Source: Klebsormidium nitens (Eukaryota; Plantae; Klebsormidiophyceae). From it: a stretch of DNA of 64,000 bases. The stretch spans positions 1 through 64,000 of the forward strand of contig DF237093.1 of the NCBI GenBank assembly GCA_000708835.1, written 5' to 3'. The translations under genes were made by a program, and so were the position numbers. A model generated the notes under the pieces. That model worked only from the letters and a program-made list of their open reading frames with translations, did not search any database and was not told the DNA's origin. How positions within the stretch are numbered: position 1 is the first letter of the stretch; each line of letters opens with the position of its first letter. Below are positions 12,237 to 26,000 of the stretch, in pieces.

Positions 12237-15200
12237 TCAAATTTGAATTGGCTTCGGTTCGGGTTTCCGTATGTGCCGCATAGTGCTTCCATTTTCTAGC
12301 GGTTTGAAGGGGGCATGGCCCCCATACGGGCGAGGGATCCCCTCGTCCTCCGGAATGTACGCATTTGGTCTAACTTCGGCTTGTGTATGCAAAGGGCGTG
12401 ATTGCCGCATGCCACCCTCAATATACGTGGGCTCCTCTTCCTTCTCATCCTCCATCTTTATCCGCATCTCTTCCACCGTCCGCTGCTCGCGCTCCAGCCG
12501 CATCCATTCACGCTCGGCGCTTTCGTCTGGCGCCTGCAGACACGGGAGAGAAATCATGTCAGGAATGAATGTGGTGATCCTTCTGCTCAGGAGCGAAAGG
12601 CCTGAACGCTCCAGGAAAGTACAGGCTATGAAAACGAGATGCATACTGATGTTATGAAACACAATTGTTCAACGTCTGCACTTCATTCGCAAGCCGCCGG
12701 CGCGTGAGTATTCGGCCCATGGCCAAGACAAGGTCGAGCACGGCTCGCGCTTGTGTACTTACCTCCCCGGCCTCAAGTTTTTGCTCCGCCAGCTGTACAT
12801 GTTCCGCCAGCTTCGTCCTCTCCTCTTGCAGCTTGATAGCGCCGGCCTGCATGGGGCAAAACGGGCGCTCTGAAACGCAGTACCAACTCACAAATAGCGG
12901 AATCTACCCAATAACAGCCCGGTCATGTGTATCTCAGTGGATGCGCACGGAATTTTTAGTGGCCCTCCGCATCGAACGAATCATCTTCTTGTTTGTGGTA
13001 CGTCACCAGGTGCTGGTGGACCGCAACCTCCCCTTGATATGATGGGCAGCACGGATTGGGCGTTCCGGAGCAACGGGAGGATCCACCAAGTTCACTAGAG
13101 AGGGGATTTGTGCATGTCTTTTCGGCAACCGCCTCGTGCTTTTGAGTGATGATCTTTACCGAGCGGACACTCATCCTTGTAAGGCAGCAAGAGAACACCG
13201 ACGAAGTTATCTAATATACGAGCTCAAGGCGCTCGATTAGAAGCAGCCAAAGAACGATAGCAAAATCCACAGAGCCGATGAAACAACTGAGTAAACAACG
13301 GGCGGTCCTCAGGCTGCGAGACAGCCAGCTCGATGCCGCTCAGACAAGACAAACAGATGTACACGCTTGGGGCCGCACCTGATAGAGCGAGAGCTCTGAC
13401 ACGGTGGCCATCATCTTGCGGGTGATCCCCCGGATCTTGTGCTGGTAGCTGTTCACCTCCATCGCTAGTTGCAGCGCCCCGTCCTTGCCGTCCGTCACGC
13501 TCGCGCGCAGCTTGTCCGAAAGGCTCGTCACCTGGAAGAGGGAGGACACCTTTCGATAAAAACCTTCCGCTTCATGAGATCGTCCATCAACCGGGGAAGT
13601 AAGCAGAGCTAGCATAGCGCATGGTCGAGGAGCCCTAAAGAATGTGCGAACGACATGAAATGAGATCATGAGGCTTCTCTGCAGCCATTTGAGCGGCCTT
13701 TCGCCCGCACTCTTTCTCGCCGATGTCTGAGAGCACCACAGTCACCAAATATCCCCCTTCCCGACGATTTTTTGGATCCCCAGTCCACCGAACCACTACA
13801 AGCGGGCCACAAGAGCTCCCACAGCTCCTCTCCCTTCCATGCAAAAACGGAAGAGCGGAAAAAATACTTGTCCGAAGCCGTCAATGTTTGACACTACCTC
13901 AAACCCAACACCCGTCACCGATAACTCCAGAACTCGGAGTGTCAACTCTGGGAGTGTCAAGTCTGGCAAATCGGCGCACCTCGTCCAGGATGAGCCCCTT
14001 CTCCAGGATCTGCTCCTTCTTCTCACTGATGCGGTCCTCCAGTTGCCCGATCTTGACTTGCAGCTCCGCCTTGTCCGGAAGCCGCCCCTCTAGTTCCTTC
14101 CACCGGCTGTTCCTCTCCGGCATCTCCAGCGCCTCGCCCAAACTGCGCACCTTCTCGCGCTCCGCAACCACCTGTCAGAAAAGGAACGAAGATCCTCAAA
14201 ACGTTCATTCCTGGACTTGGAGTCTTCAACAGATATCTACAATGGTTAGTGGGCCTTGGATTTGTTTGCCGCAGATTCCTAAAGAGGGCTCTTCAGCATG
14301 TTGACTGCAATTCCCAAAGATCCCAACCACCATGTGCTCAAACAAATCAATCTTGATCAGTCTTCTATGCGTTCACCGGAAGGTGACCGGTAGAAAGTCG
14401 GCTTTATGTAGCCTTTTCTTAGGGTTTGGTGCGACTTTATTTATCTGGAGCCCAAGAAGAGGTCCTGATTCTCAAGGGCAAATAGGATAGAATTGCTGAG
14501 CTTTCACTTGGCAAAGAGGCGCCGTAAAATCGCAGCCTTCGAGTGCTGTATTGAAGGAGTGTCTTACGACCCCGACAAAGTCTTCATACCTGGAACAAGA
14601 ATTAAACACCATGACCAGCAATGAATGCAGGACAGGTTCTGATCAAGGAACCAGGACCCGGTATCAGAAACCGGACTCGATTCTAAACCACGAACTACAG
14701 AACCAGAGCTGCGAAAGCGCCGCACCTCGTCCTTCAGGTCCGCAATCTGCTCGTGCAGCTCCGGCACGTGCGGGCATTTCGTCTTGGTGACGTCAGCCTG
14801 GTAGCGCGCCTCCTTGAGCTCCAGGTGCAGCAGCCGGATCTCGTCCTCGCGCGCGGCCAGCTCCACCGCGCCCGCCTTGAAGATGTCGTCCTGACGGGAA
14901 GGAACAGTGACAGGTTTGTAAGCCGGGAGAATTAAAGACGACCGCCCGCTTTGAAATTGTCGGCCTGGGAAGAAACTGGATGGGAAGATGAGAAGGAAAG
15001 CTGGATGAGTTGCTCTGGCCATGGGGAAAATGTTTAGGAAAGGGGAGAATATCTTGGAAGGCAGGAAAAGAAGAACGAACGCGAGAAAATGAAAAGGAAG
15101 TGAAAATAAACGCATTGCATTCATCAGCCGAAAGATGTTACGCACACCAAAGATAAGGGCTCGACCACTCAATAAAAGTAGGTTGTGGCAAGACGAAACC

Positions 15201-18200
15201 ACAGCTAATCTTTTGGTTCTCAAAGTTAATTCTCTCGGCTGTGCGTTCACTACCCTTTTTACTCCTTCGTGTGTACTAGCTCTAAGTTTCCTATGCTCGT
15301 CGAGTTTCGTTTCAAGGCATGTGGTTCTTGAATCATTGCATATCAATGATCGCGGGGAAAGGCAAATCGCGCTTGAGGCAACGAAGAAATCTTCCAGATA
15401 CAGCAAAATTCTCAGATTCGACGTCAGAAGCTCACCAGTACGTTGGCCTTTTCGTAAAGAATGGCGATCTCGTCGCTGCGGTCGATGAGCGTGACTCCTA
15501 TCGCGTCCCGCGCCTCGATGGCGCCCTGGTACGCCCTCCGCAGCCGCAGCATCTCCTTCTCCGCGCTGTTGATGATGCTGCTCAGCGTGTCGATCTGGCT
15601 GATCTGCTCGTCCACCGTCACCTGAACAAGACGGGTGTGGAGGTTTTCGACAGGTGGAGAAAAATGGCTGCTGACAAGACTTAGTTGGTTGTCCTGAGTC
15701 AGTTGTTTAAATGGAACCAAACACAATCTGGCTGATCTGCTCGTCCCGCAAAAATGGTGAAGAAGAACCGTTTCCGGGGTTACTTCAAAACTTCTATCAA
15801 AGTTTGGGGGTGACGATTGAACACAATGAACGACACTGGGCCGATTCGATTGTTCCGGTTTGAAAGACCCCCATCATATCGGAAGGGCTCATGCAATGAG
15901 CAGAAGGGTTGAACACTCCATGCGAAGTCTGCACTCCTCTCTCTCAGCACTTTCTCAGGTCCCTCTGAAGTCGAGCTGTTCTTAGATACTTGAGATTTTC
16001 AATGTCATTACGGACATCCATCCAGAAGCGTTACTGCCAAAGCTTCTCATCTCTTACGAAAGCCGACGTCAACTCATACAACCAGCCGAATCGTCTGCTT
16101 AACAGACCAACCCACACCCTGCAAAAACAAACCAAATCGAAACCCAAACCCAAACCTTAAGTGAAACCCAGACCGATTGCCCACCTGTTTCGCCCGCAGG
16201 TCCGCCACGAGCTCCTGCAGCTGCTGCCGCAGCGCGTCGCGCTCCGCGAGGCTCGTCGCGTGCGTGGCGCGCGCGTCCGCGAGCGCGCGCTCCTTCTCGG
16301 TGATGGAGCGCTTCAAAATGTCGATCTCCGCGCCCAAAATGGTCAGCTTCTCGCGCATCTCCGCGATGCCCTGCGCCGCGGCCTGCGAACGGAAAAGAGC
16401 GCCAGAAACAGTCAGTTCACTAAGAGGATTGAGTGACTCACATTTCTGGGGGAAGCAATTCAAGCTGGCCATTAACCCTTTTGCTGGGGACCTGCGTTTG
16501 TTACGAATGACCACACAAACGCTTCCCAGCCACGCACACTGCGCTCCAGCAACAGGTGGGTTCCGACGCATTCTAGAACCTGTACAACATCATGATCGTC
16601 AGTCTTCGAATCTTTTGGTTTCCACTCGAACCTCATCCGAAGCAATAGTGATCCAGAGTCCGCTCCTAGGCAGTGCTGGAGAGTCAGAGTCAGAGTCAGA
16701 GTCAGAGTCAGAGTCAAAGTCAGCTGGTTTCTCTCCGCTCGCTGACGACTCGTTATCAACGAAGCCACTCACTTGCATATGAGCTTTCGCCTCAACAGAG
16801 CCCAACACCCCAAAACCTCTTGCCCTCAAACCCTTGCCACTTCCTTCTCCCTTCACAAGTCTTCAATCTTGGAATTTTCCGACATATTGGCCATAAATCT
16901 CGATGGAGCAGAACTTTCTTCAAAAGGCTGTCCTTAAAATATTGGGCCTAGACCCTCGGAACCTTTGCGGCCGCGGCTGACCTGCGCGAGCGTGACGAAG
17001 CGGCTCCGCTGCGTGCGCACGAGGTCGTACAGCTTGAGCGCCTCCGCGAGCGCCTTGCGCCCGTCCGCCTCGCTCTGCCGCAAATCCGCCACCACTAGTT
17101 CCTTCATTTTCACCTCCTCCTCCGCCTCGCGCAGCTTGCTTAACTGTGCAAGAGAAGAAATGGAGAAACGCAAGGGTTATTTACCCATTGGCATTGAAAA
17201 AAAAAATGGAAAGCGCCTGAGCAACCTGCAGATCGAATGGTGTTACTAAGGGACCAGATTCGGACTTTCTTGGAACCAGGACCGCAGGTTGTGATTCCCC
17301 CGGAGACTTTGAACTGCATCTCGGCAAAAAGAAGGGATAGACAGCGAGCAGCTTCATTATGTCGATCTTGCCTAGACAGCGAAGGAGAACACTTCAAAGG
17401 CTGATGCAGTTCTGCACGCTTAAGCAGACACGCCTGGTCTTCCTTCCATCATTGCCCTCTTTGTATACCACGTCGACTCGTTCTCAGAAAGATGACCAGG
17501 AGGATTTGGCTGTGGCGCGCGCACCTGGACCGAGAGCAGGCGCGACGCGCGCTCGCGCTGGCTTGCCAGGTCGCCCGCTTGCGCCTTCAGCTCCTTGTCC
17601 TGCGCGCGCGCCTCCTCCATCTCTTTCTCCAGTTCCTCCACCTGCGAACAGACAGTGCCGGCGTTTCATCTTGAGGCAAGTTACAGCTTTTGCGTTGGGC
17701 GTAACAGTCTCAAGCTTCAGGTTTCTGCACGTTTGAAAGAAGGTCCAAATCCGTAGATGAAGATCCCAGGCACAAAGCGCCAGAATGATTGTCCGTCGAC
17801 AGAATTTTAGACCCTAGACCAAGGTGCGTTGACGAAGACTTCACAAGCATTCGACGAGGGACCTTTAAAAGCTTGAAAATGTGAAACCCTAGAAGTCGTG
17901 TACGCTTTACCCTCTGCAGACCATTTTCTGCTTCGGTGCAGCTGCCTTGGCGCTTCCTCTCGCACTTCTGCTGATCTGTCCTTCAGTCTGCATCTCCTAC
18001 AGAGCAACCAAAAAGCTATAGACATAGAAATCGACGGTTCTCCTAACATAAAGGCACGATCCGTAACCGCTTACTTCAAACCAAGGAATCTCGTCCGCTA
18101 AACCCAAACCCCCTACCTCCAAGAAGCTGGCCTGCACGACGGCGGCCTTCTCCTTGCCCACGTTCTCCTGCTTCAGGTACGCGTTCATCTGGACGTCCGT

Positions 18201-21200
18201 TTCCATCTTGAGCTCCTCCACGGCCGACACGTGGCGCTTGTGCTCCGCCTGCGCCGCAGTCAGGTCGCGCGCCGCCTGCTCACGCCCCATCACCAGCCCA
18301 GGAATATTCCCCTCAGCCTGCGAAACGTCACTCGCTTTTGGTCATCGTACGGATCTGGATGAAACTCAAGAAAGATAACAAACAAGCTCCGACTGACACT
18401 AAAAACCCTAATCCAAAAAGACATCTGCTCCGCCCCCATACCCACCCTAACCACGAAACTAACCCTACCCGTCCCAGTGCGGTTACCTTTCTGTTATCTC
18501 GGCTTGTTGATTCAGTTTGTTAAATCCAAGGGGCTCTAGTTGTAATGCTATTGCAAGGTCCGTCTTTTCTTGGATAGTATGGCTGTTTGCACATTTTCGA
18601 GGATTAAGTTGGATGACTTCTTTTGGATACCGCAGGTCTTCCAAATCTTGAAAGCAGCGCCACAAGCCAAAGTTCGACATCGTCCAAATCGCCCAATTCA
18701 AGTGACTTCAAAACGCATTCCCACTGGATTTGGGGAACGAAGCGGACCCTATTTCCTTAAAGAACTCGCACTGCCCCCCACCTGCTTAATGTCCAGCTCT
18801 GCCTTCTTGTACTTCCGCAGCACGGCGTCCTTCTCCTTGATGCCCCGCGCGTGCTCGTCGCCCTCCCGCTTCGCCTCCGCTGCCATCGCCTGGATCAGAT
18901 TTGGCAAGCAATCAGACCAGCCCTGAGCTTTTACCGCCATGATTAGCGGTGTCATGGTTAGGGTTCGCCCTTAACAACCTTGCGTTTGTCCTGCTGAAGA
19001 GGCAGTTGCTGAGTGACCATCTGGACTCCAAAAAGCAGGATCCCACGCTTGAAAGCCCCACAGCCATAATCCCTCCAAAGCCTTGGACCTATGTTGTCCC
19101 TGGTCCCTACGGCGGTGAAGGTTCCTTGTAGCCGTATTTGATAAGGGCCACGTCGACCAACGGAAACGTGGCCGGTAACGGGTAGGGTTGTTTTTAAGTA
19201 TTTGGAGCATGTCAGTTCGGGGTTTTGTTTCTGACTCTCGTTTTGGCCTTCGAGTACGATTCTCAGTCACCATGCCCTTGGTCAACAAGAAAGCGGAGAC
19301 AGATCGGTGGTAGTCCCACCTGTACACGCTGCTCTAGTTGCACCTGGTCCGCCAGTATCTGCTCCGCCTCCAGCCTCGCCATCTCTAGATCCTTCCGGAC
19401 GTCCGCCGCCAGGCGGTCCTTCTGATCTGCCGCCACGTGGATGCGCTCCAGCGCCGCAGACGCCTCCGTGAACTGCTCCGTCAGCCGCCGCACCTTGTCG
19501 TACAGCTTCGTCGACTCGATCTCCTGCTCGCGCATCTGGGAAACAATTCGACGCACGTCAGCATGATACTGCCAGAGCAGACCCGGAAGAGCGAGCACAG
19601 ACGGAGTAAGCACCCAGTCGCGTGAGAGGCTATCATCTAGTGCATGCTGACGTCCGGCAACATTTCGGAAGCCCCGTTTGTGCCGGCAGGGGCGCTTCTA
19701 GCAGGGCGTTCAGAGCTTTCATCCAACATAGTACCCCTAAAAAGACGCCTTTTAACAAAGTATCTTTCATCATCATCCCTTCTACCACTTGAATATCCGT
19801 CCTCTACCGGCAGACCGTCGGAATCCCGGTAATTAGAAGGTGTGGATTCCCTTTTCTCCAATAACGTGCTCTCTATCAGTCAATTTCGCTTGAAACGGGT
19901 GGCCCTTCACCTATCGTTTTGCAGGGGACGAGTCACTCCGCACTTCACTTCGGGCATAAGTGACAAAACGACGAGGAGTCAAGAGACTACGTCTATCAAA
20001 ACCCCACCTTGTCCAGCAGCCGGCTCTCCTGTACCCGCAGCCCCTTCATGACCGTCGCCTCTGTCTCCGCCTGCTTCCGGATTTTGTCGGGAACTCCCTC
20101 CATTGCTCGTAGGCGTTCACGCTCCCGCTCCGCAGTCTCCGCCAGCTCAGCGCTCTCGGCAACGAGCCTGCCTATTTTCGTGTGGATATCCTCCTGTTCT
20201 TTCTTGGTCGCTTCGTGCTTCAAGTGGCCCTCCGCAATGCGCGCTTGCAGCTCCTCGATCGCGTCCTGGGAGGGGTAATGAGGAAAGGTTCGCTCTAGTT
20301 GCTCTGTACGTAACCTGTTCTGGTGAAGTTCATGGAGTCTAAACCCTCTGGAATCTCTCATTCAAAGTAAGCAATATTCAATCCGGAACGCTTACTTGCC
20401 ATGACCTGTTACAAGCGAATTGAATCCAACCAACTGTCTCTCTTGCAAGACTTTTCCCACCAAAAGTCACCATTTTGCATACCTCTTCAAAAGTCCTTCA
20501 CTTGACGTCTCTGACCATAACACACAGCTTTCCAGCCAGCATTCTACCCCGTCAGTCCGACCACACTCTCATTCCTGGCCCACCCACCTTATGCCCACGT
20601 ATCACCGGCACAAGCGCCGCCTGGTGCTCCCGCTCAATTTCCTCAATCTTCTTCTGACACTCGTCCCGTTGCCGCACCAGCTCCACATCCTCGAGCCCCA
20701 GCATCTGTTCCTTCTCCCGGCACAACGCGCACTCGACCTCCGCCTGCTCGGAGTCTTCGCGCAGCATCTCTAGTTCGCTGTTCTCCTGGTGCGAGCGCAC
20801 CATAAGCTTCTCCAGCTGCAGCATGTCGTCCTGCAGCTGCCGGTTCATGTCAGATGCGCGCGCCAGCAGGCCGCGGTCGTTTGCCAGGATCACGCTCAGC
20901 GCCGAGTGGAGCTCTTCGTACCTGCCGAGCGGAAGGGACTGTCAGTCGGCTCGTGCGTAGGGGGGAGGTTTGTCTTTTCTTTATGATGCAAGATTGGTCT
21001 AATTGCAGTCGTAAAAATGTTTAAATATGATTCTTAAATACAACGCAGGAAAAACTCTGTTTTGGAAATTGGACCGTGGTTCGCATTGTTGGCCCGTTGC
21101 CAAGGCGCGCGCAGATGTCTACATGTGCCAAAGAGCTTATGCTGGCACATTTGTGCTTCTTCCAATATGCACAGTTGCGCACTGATAGGATTTGGAGGCG

Positions 21201-21649
21201 GCTGGATGGACATCTATTACAAGAGCACTCTGTCGTGCTTCAATGCGATGACGCTGCTGGAAAGCACGTTCTGCCACCATTTTGTCTTTTTTTGACACCG
21301 CTTTTTCATCTAGTCGCCGGGGGCTACAGAGCTCCTCTAGCGGGTTAAGCCTGGTGGCAGCTCTGATCCTCGCTCAGCCAACCGAATCTTTCAAAATACG
21401 TAATACACAACCACTTGTGCAGCCAAATGACCGGTGCCTAATCCTTTGTATTCGGCCATCGACATCCAATCGAAGCACAGTCGATAAAAATCAGCCGTCG
21501 GATCCAACGAAGCCCCCAGCTCACTTTTTCTTCCATCGCTGCGCCTTCTCCGCATCAATCTTCCCGTCCGACTGCAGCTCAGTGATGGATCTGAAGGCCA
21601 GGCTGCTCGAGACCTCGCTCGCAGCCAGCTCCTCCAGCTCGGGATCCAT
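12237..21649 (-). CDS. CCDC146: Coiled-coil domain-containing protein 146 (MBO2-like ciliary protein), many exons
   Basis: A series of GC-rich coiled-coil exons with canonical splice sites, starting MDPELEELAASE. The C-terminus RPNAYIPEDEGIPRPYGGHAPFKPLENGSTMRHIRKPEPKPIQI is the characteristic CCDC146 tail. Confidence 0.88.
16680..16721. repeat. Hexanucleotide microsatellite (AGAGTC)6 + AAAGTC in a CCDC146 intron
   Basis: Read directly from the sequence. Confidence 0.95.
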
Positions 21650-22358
21650 CCCTGACTAGACTTTGACACACTCACGCGCCTTACATCGCTCCCATATGTG
21701 CAAACCCCCTCCAACAACTTGGCAAGCCAAGTTTGTGCAGGGGGCAGCCCGAGCTGGTGGACTTGTCAACTGCTGCTCGTTCAATGAGTCGTTCTCAGGT
21801 GTGCAGAATGTACCTGATTCTAGATGTATTGAGCCCATGCCAATGGCGCCCACTGAGCTGGAGAATGGTCAATGGACGATTCCCCCGGACGGCAACCCCT
21901 TTGGCTCTGTTCACTGACGTCACTCCAAAGCGCCCCAATACGGTGGCTACCTCGACCAAATTGAAAGGTTTGCTTGCGAAGCTGGTCCAGGAATTGCAGC
22001 GAAGCTGGTCCAGGAGTCTGAACTAGGCTGCTTGTGTCCGCTTGGATGCAGAAAAGTAGACTCCATCTGAGTCTTCATGCTGCAGATGATTGCCAGCTCC
22101 CACCGTCTGTGAGCGCGCGTATTAGCTTTGCGGCATTCGTAGCCGTGCGATCAGCTGCCGCTATTCTTAGTCCAGTAGTTTGACCGTCGATCTTTGGTCC
22201 TGACCTCAAAACCATTCCCGAGCTGGACCACCATTACCATCCCGCTCCGAGTCAGCTCAATTCGAAGCCTTGCATGCATGCAGATCTGAGATCGGGAATT
22301 TGCGGACAGAGGTGATCTCACCATGCTGGCATTGCTGCTGCGTACTGTGTGAGAAGAA

Positions 22359-23042
22359 ATGCCGTTCAGCCTCAGGGCTCTCATCAGGGTCGCAGCGGTG
22401 GGGAGCTTCTGGGTTCGCCACCTTAGGCTTCATACTTCCAAGGTGCTCGAAACGCGGAAGAAGGTTGCAAGTGGAAGGCCCAGGGAGATTGAATATGACG
22501 TTTCTTCGGCAAGAGGAATAAACGTAGAACACTTTACCTTTGAGCAGTTTAAAAAAATAGATGCAGGCGAGTTCCAGGACCTATATGACGAGCTTGTTCT
22601 CAAGAACGAAGCTAAGATCCGCACGCGTTGCAGAAAGGAAGGGCGTTCGATCAGAGCAAAGTAAAGACGTGAAGACCAGTCCTGCGCTTACGTGTATCGC
22701 GAGGCAGGCGGACGTCAAAGAAAGTTGTCGCCGAGCGATAGATGGGGCTCGGTGGCGATAAGAGGAGGTCGCTCTAAGTTGAAGAATCTAAGGCGGGAGG
22801 AGCTCGTATCGTTGTTCAAATCTGGATTGCACAATAAGTACGTCGCTAGCTGCAAATGCGCGTCCGTTGGGCTGCTAGTGGCATCTGCCGGCCTTGTGTC
22901 CAGCCTTTTTGAACATAAAGATGGCTTTTCTTCAGCATGGTGCCGCTTGCATTCGCGGGCTGGCCCCCTTTTCCCGGGTTGCAGCTGGTGTGTCAAGGCG
23001 ATCCTCCCGTCATATTCCAAAGGGGGGCCAACTGGTGATTAA
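22359..23042 (+). pseudogene. Coding-like reading frame of unknown family interrupted by one TAA
   Basis: ORFs 22359..22664 and 22692..23042 are in the same frame and separated only by TAA at 22662-22664. Family not recognised. Confidence 0.3.
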
Positions 23043-26000
23043 GGGTTCTGTGGAAGGAGGCACGGACGAGCCTTCCTTGGATCCAAAGCCGGAGAGTCTC
23101 ACTCAATCTTTCCACCAGATTGGAGACAGACCAATGGTAGAGCGGGGGGCAGCAAAGAGTCAGAAGATCTCAATGGGAAGAGACCATAGCCTCCGGCAAG
23201 GTGACTGGAAGGCTAGTCAGCAAGGGTTGCAGGCAGGAACTGGAAGTCGGACCGAAGCTTTTCAGGCTCCTGCTGTGCAAACAACGAGATCAAAGTCAAT
23301 AACTGACATTTATGGCCCTTATGTTCCTCCTCCCAGCATGCAAGCTGGGGAGGCTTCAGAGGCTGTTGGATCTGATAGAGGGGTAGAGCGTCTGAAGGGC
23401 ACAGAAGTTGGAGTCACCACATTAACACAATCGTCCCCTGAGGTGGCTGACTTGTCTGCATTCAAGTCCAATGAGAGCATTTCAGCCGTTTCTGAGACGC
23501 TCTCTGAAACTTCGCTGCCGTCGCACCTTCCTAGGAGAGCTTCTCTGGAGGTCAACCCCTCCACAAATCTGACATTTTCAGTTGGTGTTGCACCACCCCT
23601 CTCTGCACCGTCCGATTCAGGCAACGATGCATATGCTGCATTTTCTGCTTTCGCCGTCCTTCCGCTCTTGCTCGTCTTGGTCATATCCTGGTTGACTTAC
23701 AGCAGCTACCGCTCAAAACGACGACCGCTAGAGATCAGAATAGGGGGACAGGATAGTGAGCATGCGCAAGATCTAGAAAAGGGAAACGGCAGATCAAAGC
23801 ATCAGAGCAGCACGCTCATTCAGCAAATCGCAGAGCGCCTGCCGCAGTTGAAAGAGGTATACAAACCGTACCCGGGGCTCACCAACCGGCACGTAGAGAC
23901 GATTTTTGCCGCGTTCTTTCGGAAGCTTCCAAACGTCCGCTTCAAGAGGGAGTGCTTAGCGGCGCCTGACGGCGGCACGGTGGCCCTCGACTGGCCAATC
24001 CATGGCGGGAAGAGGGCCTCAGACGATGCGATGTGGGGCCAGGAATTGCCAGCTGGCGCTCCTGTCCTGATTCTTCTGGTGAGTCCATGGCCGGTCAGCT
24101 TCAGAAAGCTGTGGTCGCTCTTTGATTTGTCTTTGACGAGGCCGGATATCTAAACTTGGGCTTTGAGATCCAATGAAGCAGTCTATAGAAAGGGGCAACC
24201 TGCGAGGGTAACTTACATAGGGTATATGCCCCTACCGCCTGATCTCATGTGATTCGTCTTACATCATAGAATTGCAAGAGTGAACACAACAGGAGAGGTT
24301 TGGCTCCCATTATGACATCCCTGCCACCAGGTCAGATTTCATGCTCACTTTCAGCGGTCCGCAGAAGGCTAATGTCCCCCAAGTAGAGTTCCTCGAGCTC
24401 GCTTTTTGTGAAACTCTCTCTGCTTGGAGGGCCCCAGAGCAATCCTTCCCTTGTCTCTGCAGCCCGGACTGACTGGGGGGAGTGGGGATACGTACGTCCG
24501 CCACATGCTTGTGCGAGCGCGGCGAGCTGGCTTCCACACCGTTGTCTTCAACAGCAGGGGCTGTGCTGACAGCCCTGTGACTTCACCTCAGGTGAGCTCC
24601 TTGATCTCCCCGTCTTTGGCCACAGCTTGAAAGAGACTTTGCTTGATTCATTTCGAGCAATCATTAGCTTTATGAACTTTTCCCAGTAGCTCGAGTGTGC
24701 ATGGCACCAGTCGCTGAAATCTTATGTTGGAATGCACACTCAGATATTATTTTTTTGAAACTTTCCAAACAACACTTCGGGCACACGGCGTTAAGGTATT
24801 TTTGTACTTCCTTCTGCCTCTTTTTTATTCTCGTTTGGACCGCAGTCGAGGAGTCAGAGCCGACTGGTCCTTTAGCCTCTCAATGCTTGCAACAGACTGC
24901 TTCGTTCGATTTAGGTGCTCCGATTCCAAACACGGTGTTGTCTCGCAGGTTTTCCTTTTCCACCCTTCTTTCCTTACATTCCAACCAGGGGCACTGCAGT
25001 CATCGCCTTACGTCTCTCCTCCGTTTCTTGGCAGTTCTACTCGGCTTCTTTCACCGACGACATGCGCATGGTCGCTGCGCACGTCCAGCAGCGCTTTCCG
25101 GCCTCCAAGCTGCTGGCGGTTGGGTGGTCCTTGGGGGCCAACATCCTTGTCCGCTACCTGGGCCAGGTGAGCCGAGCTGGCGTCACTCTGCAATTCTGAT
25201 GCTAGGTCGCCTGTGTTCACTTTTGAAACTTGCAGGCTTTGCCATCATTCAAGATAGTTCTGGCAGTCTCGCTTCAAGCCCTAGAGTTGCGCCTTTGATT
25301 GCGCTATTGACCAGCTTCTGAGGGGGCCAGAGCTAAGATTGGCATCTCTTTCCGCTTTCGATTAATCTGATTGATAACATGCTCTCGTTTTGAAGCAACG
25401 CGTTGGCTCCTAAGTGAACGGGCTCTGAAAAGCGTCCTGAACTGGTGTCTTCGTAACGATCCGGAGGAAACACAGGAATGTATTCATAAGAGCACCTGCG
25501 CGGAAGGTTTCATGGCCCGTCAACTCAGCCTTCCTTCATAGGAAAGCCACTTTGATCTGACTTGTGTACGTGCATCCACTGACTTTTGAAAACGCCAAGA
25601 ATCTATAGCCATACCTGCCAAGCAGCGCAGCTGCGCCAGGCTTCGACTCTCCCTTCGAGCGCTTAGTCCGCTCGTCCTTTTGCCACTCTATTCCGTGGGT
25701 TACCAGTGAGATGTGAACAGGAAATAATCCGTTCCGCTATCCATGCAGGAAGGGCCGCGCACACCAATCGCGGCGGCAGCTTCGCTGTGCAACCCGTTCG
25801 ACCTGGTGAAAGGCGACGAGGGCTTCCGCACAGGCTTCGGCAAGGTGTACGACCAGTCGCTCGCGAAGAGCCTCAACAGGATCTTCAAGAAGTGAGTTCT
25901 GCGATCGTTTCTCCGTTTACATCTTCGGTTAGAGCAGCTGGGATCCAATGTCTGTTTGCGGCCTTATTTGTATTTGAAAACGTTCAAAAGGCACTCAGGA

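Noticed and set aside
16599-16856. ORFs with DSDSDS/ESESES/QSQSQS repeats as a nested gene
   Set aside because: They are translations of the (AGAGTC)n intronic microsatellite.
21976-22015. 17-bp direct repeat gcgaagctggtccagga in the CCDC146/ABHD intergenic region
   Set aside because: Only two copies 23 bp apart, with no known motif; most likely a local duplication.
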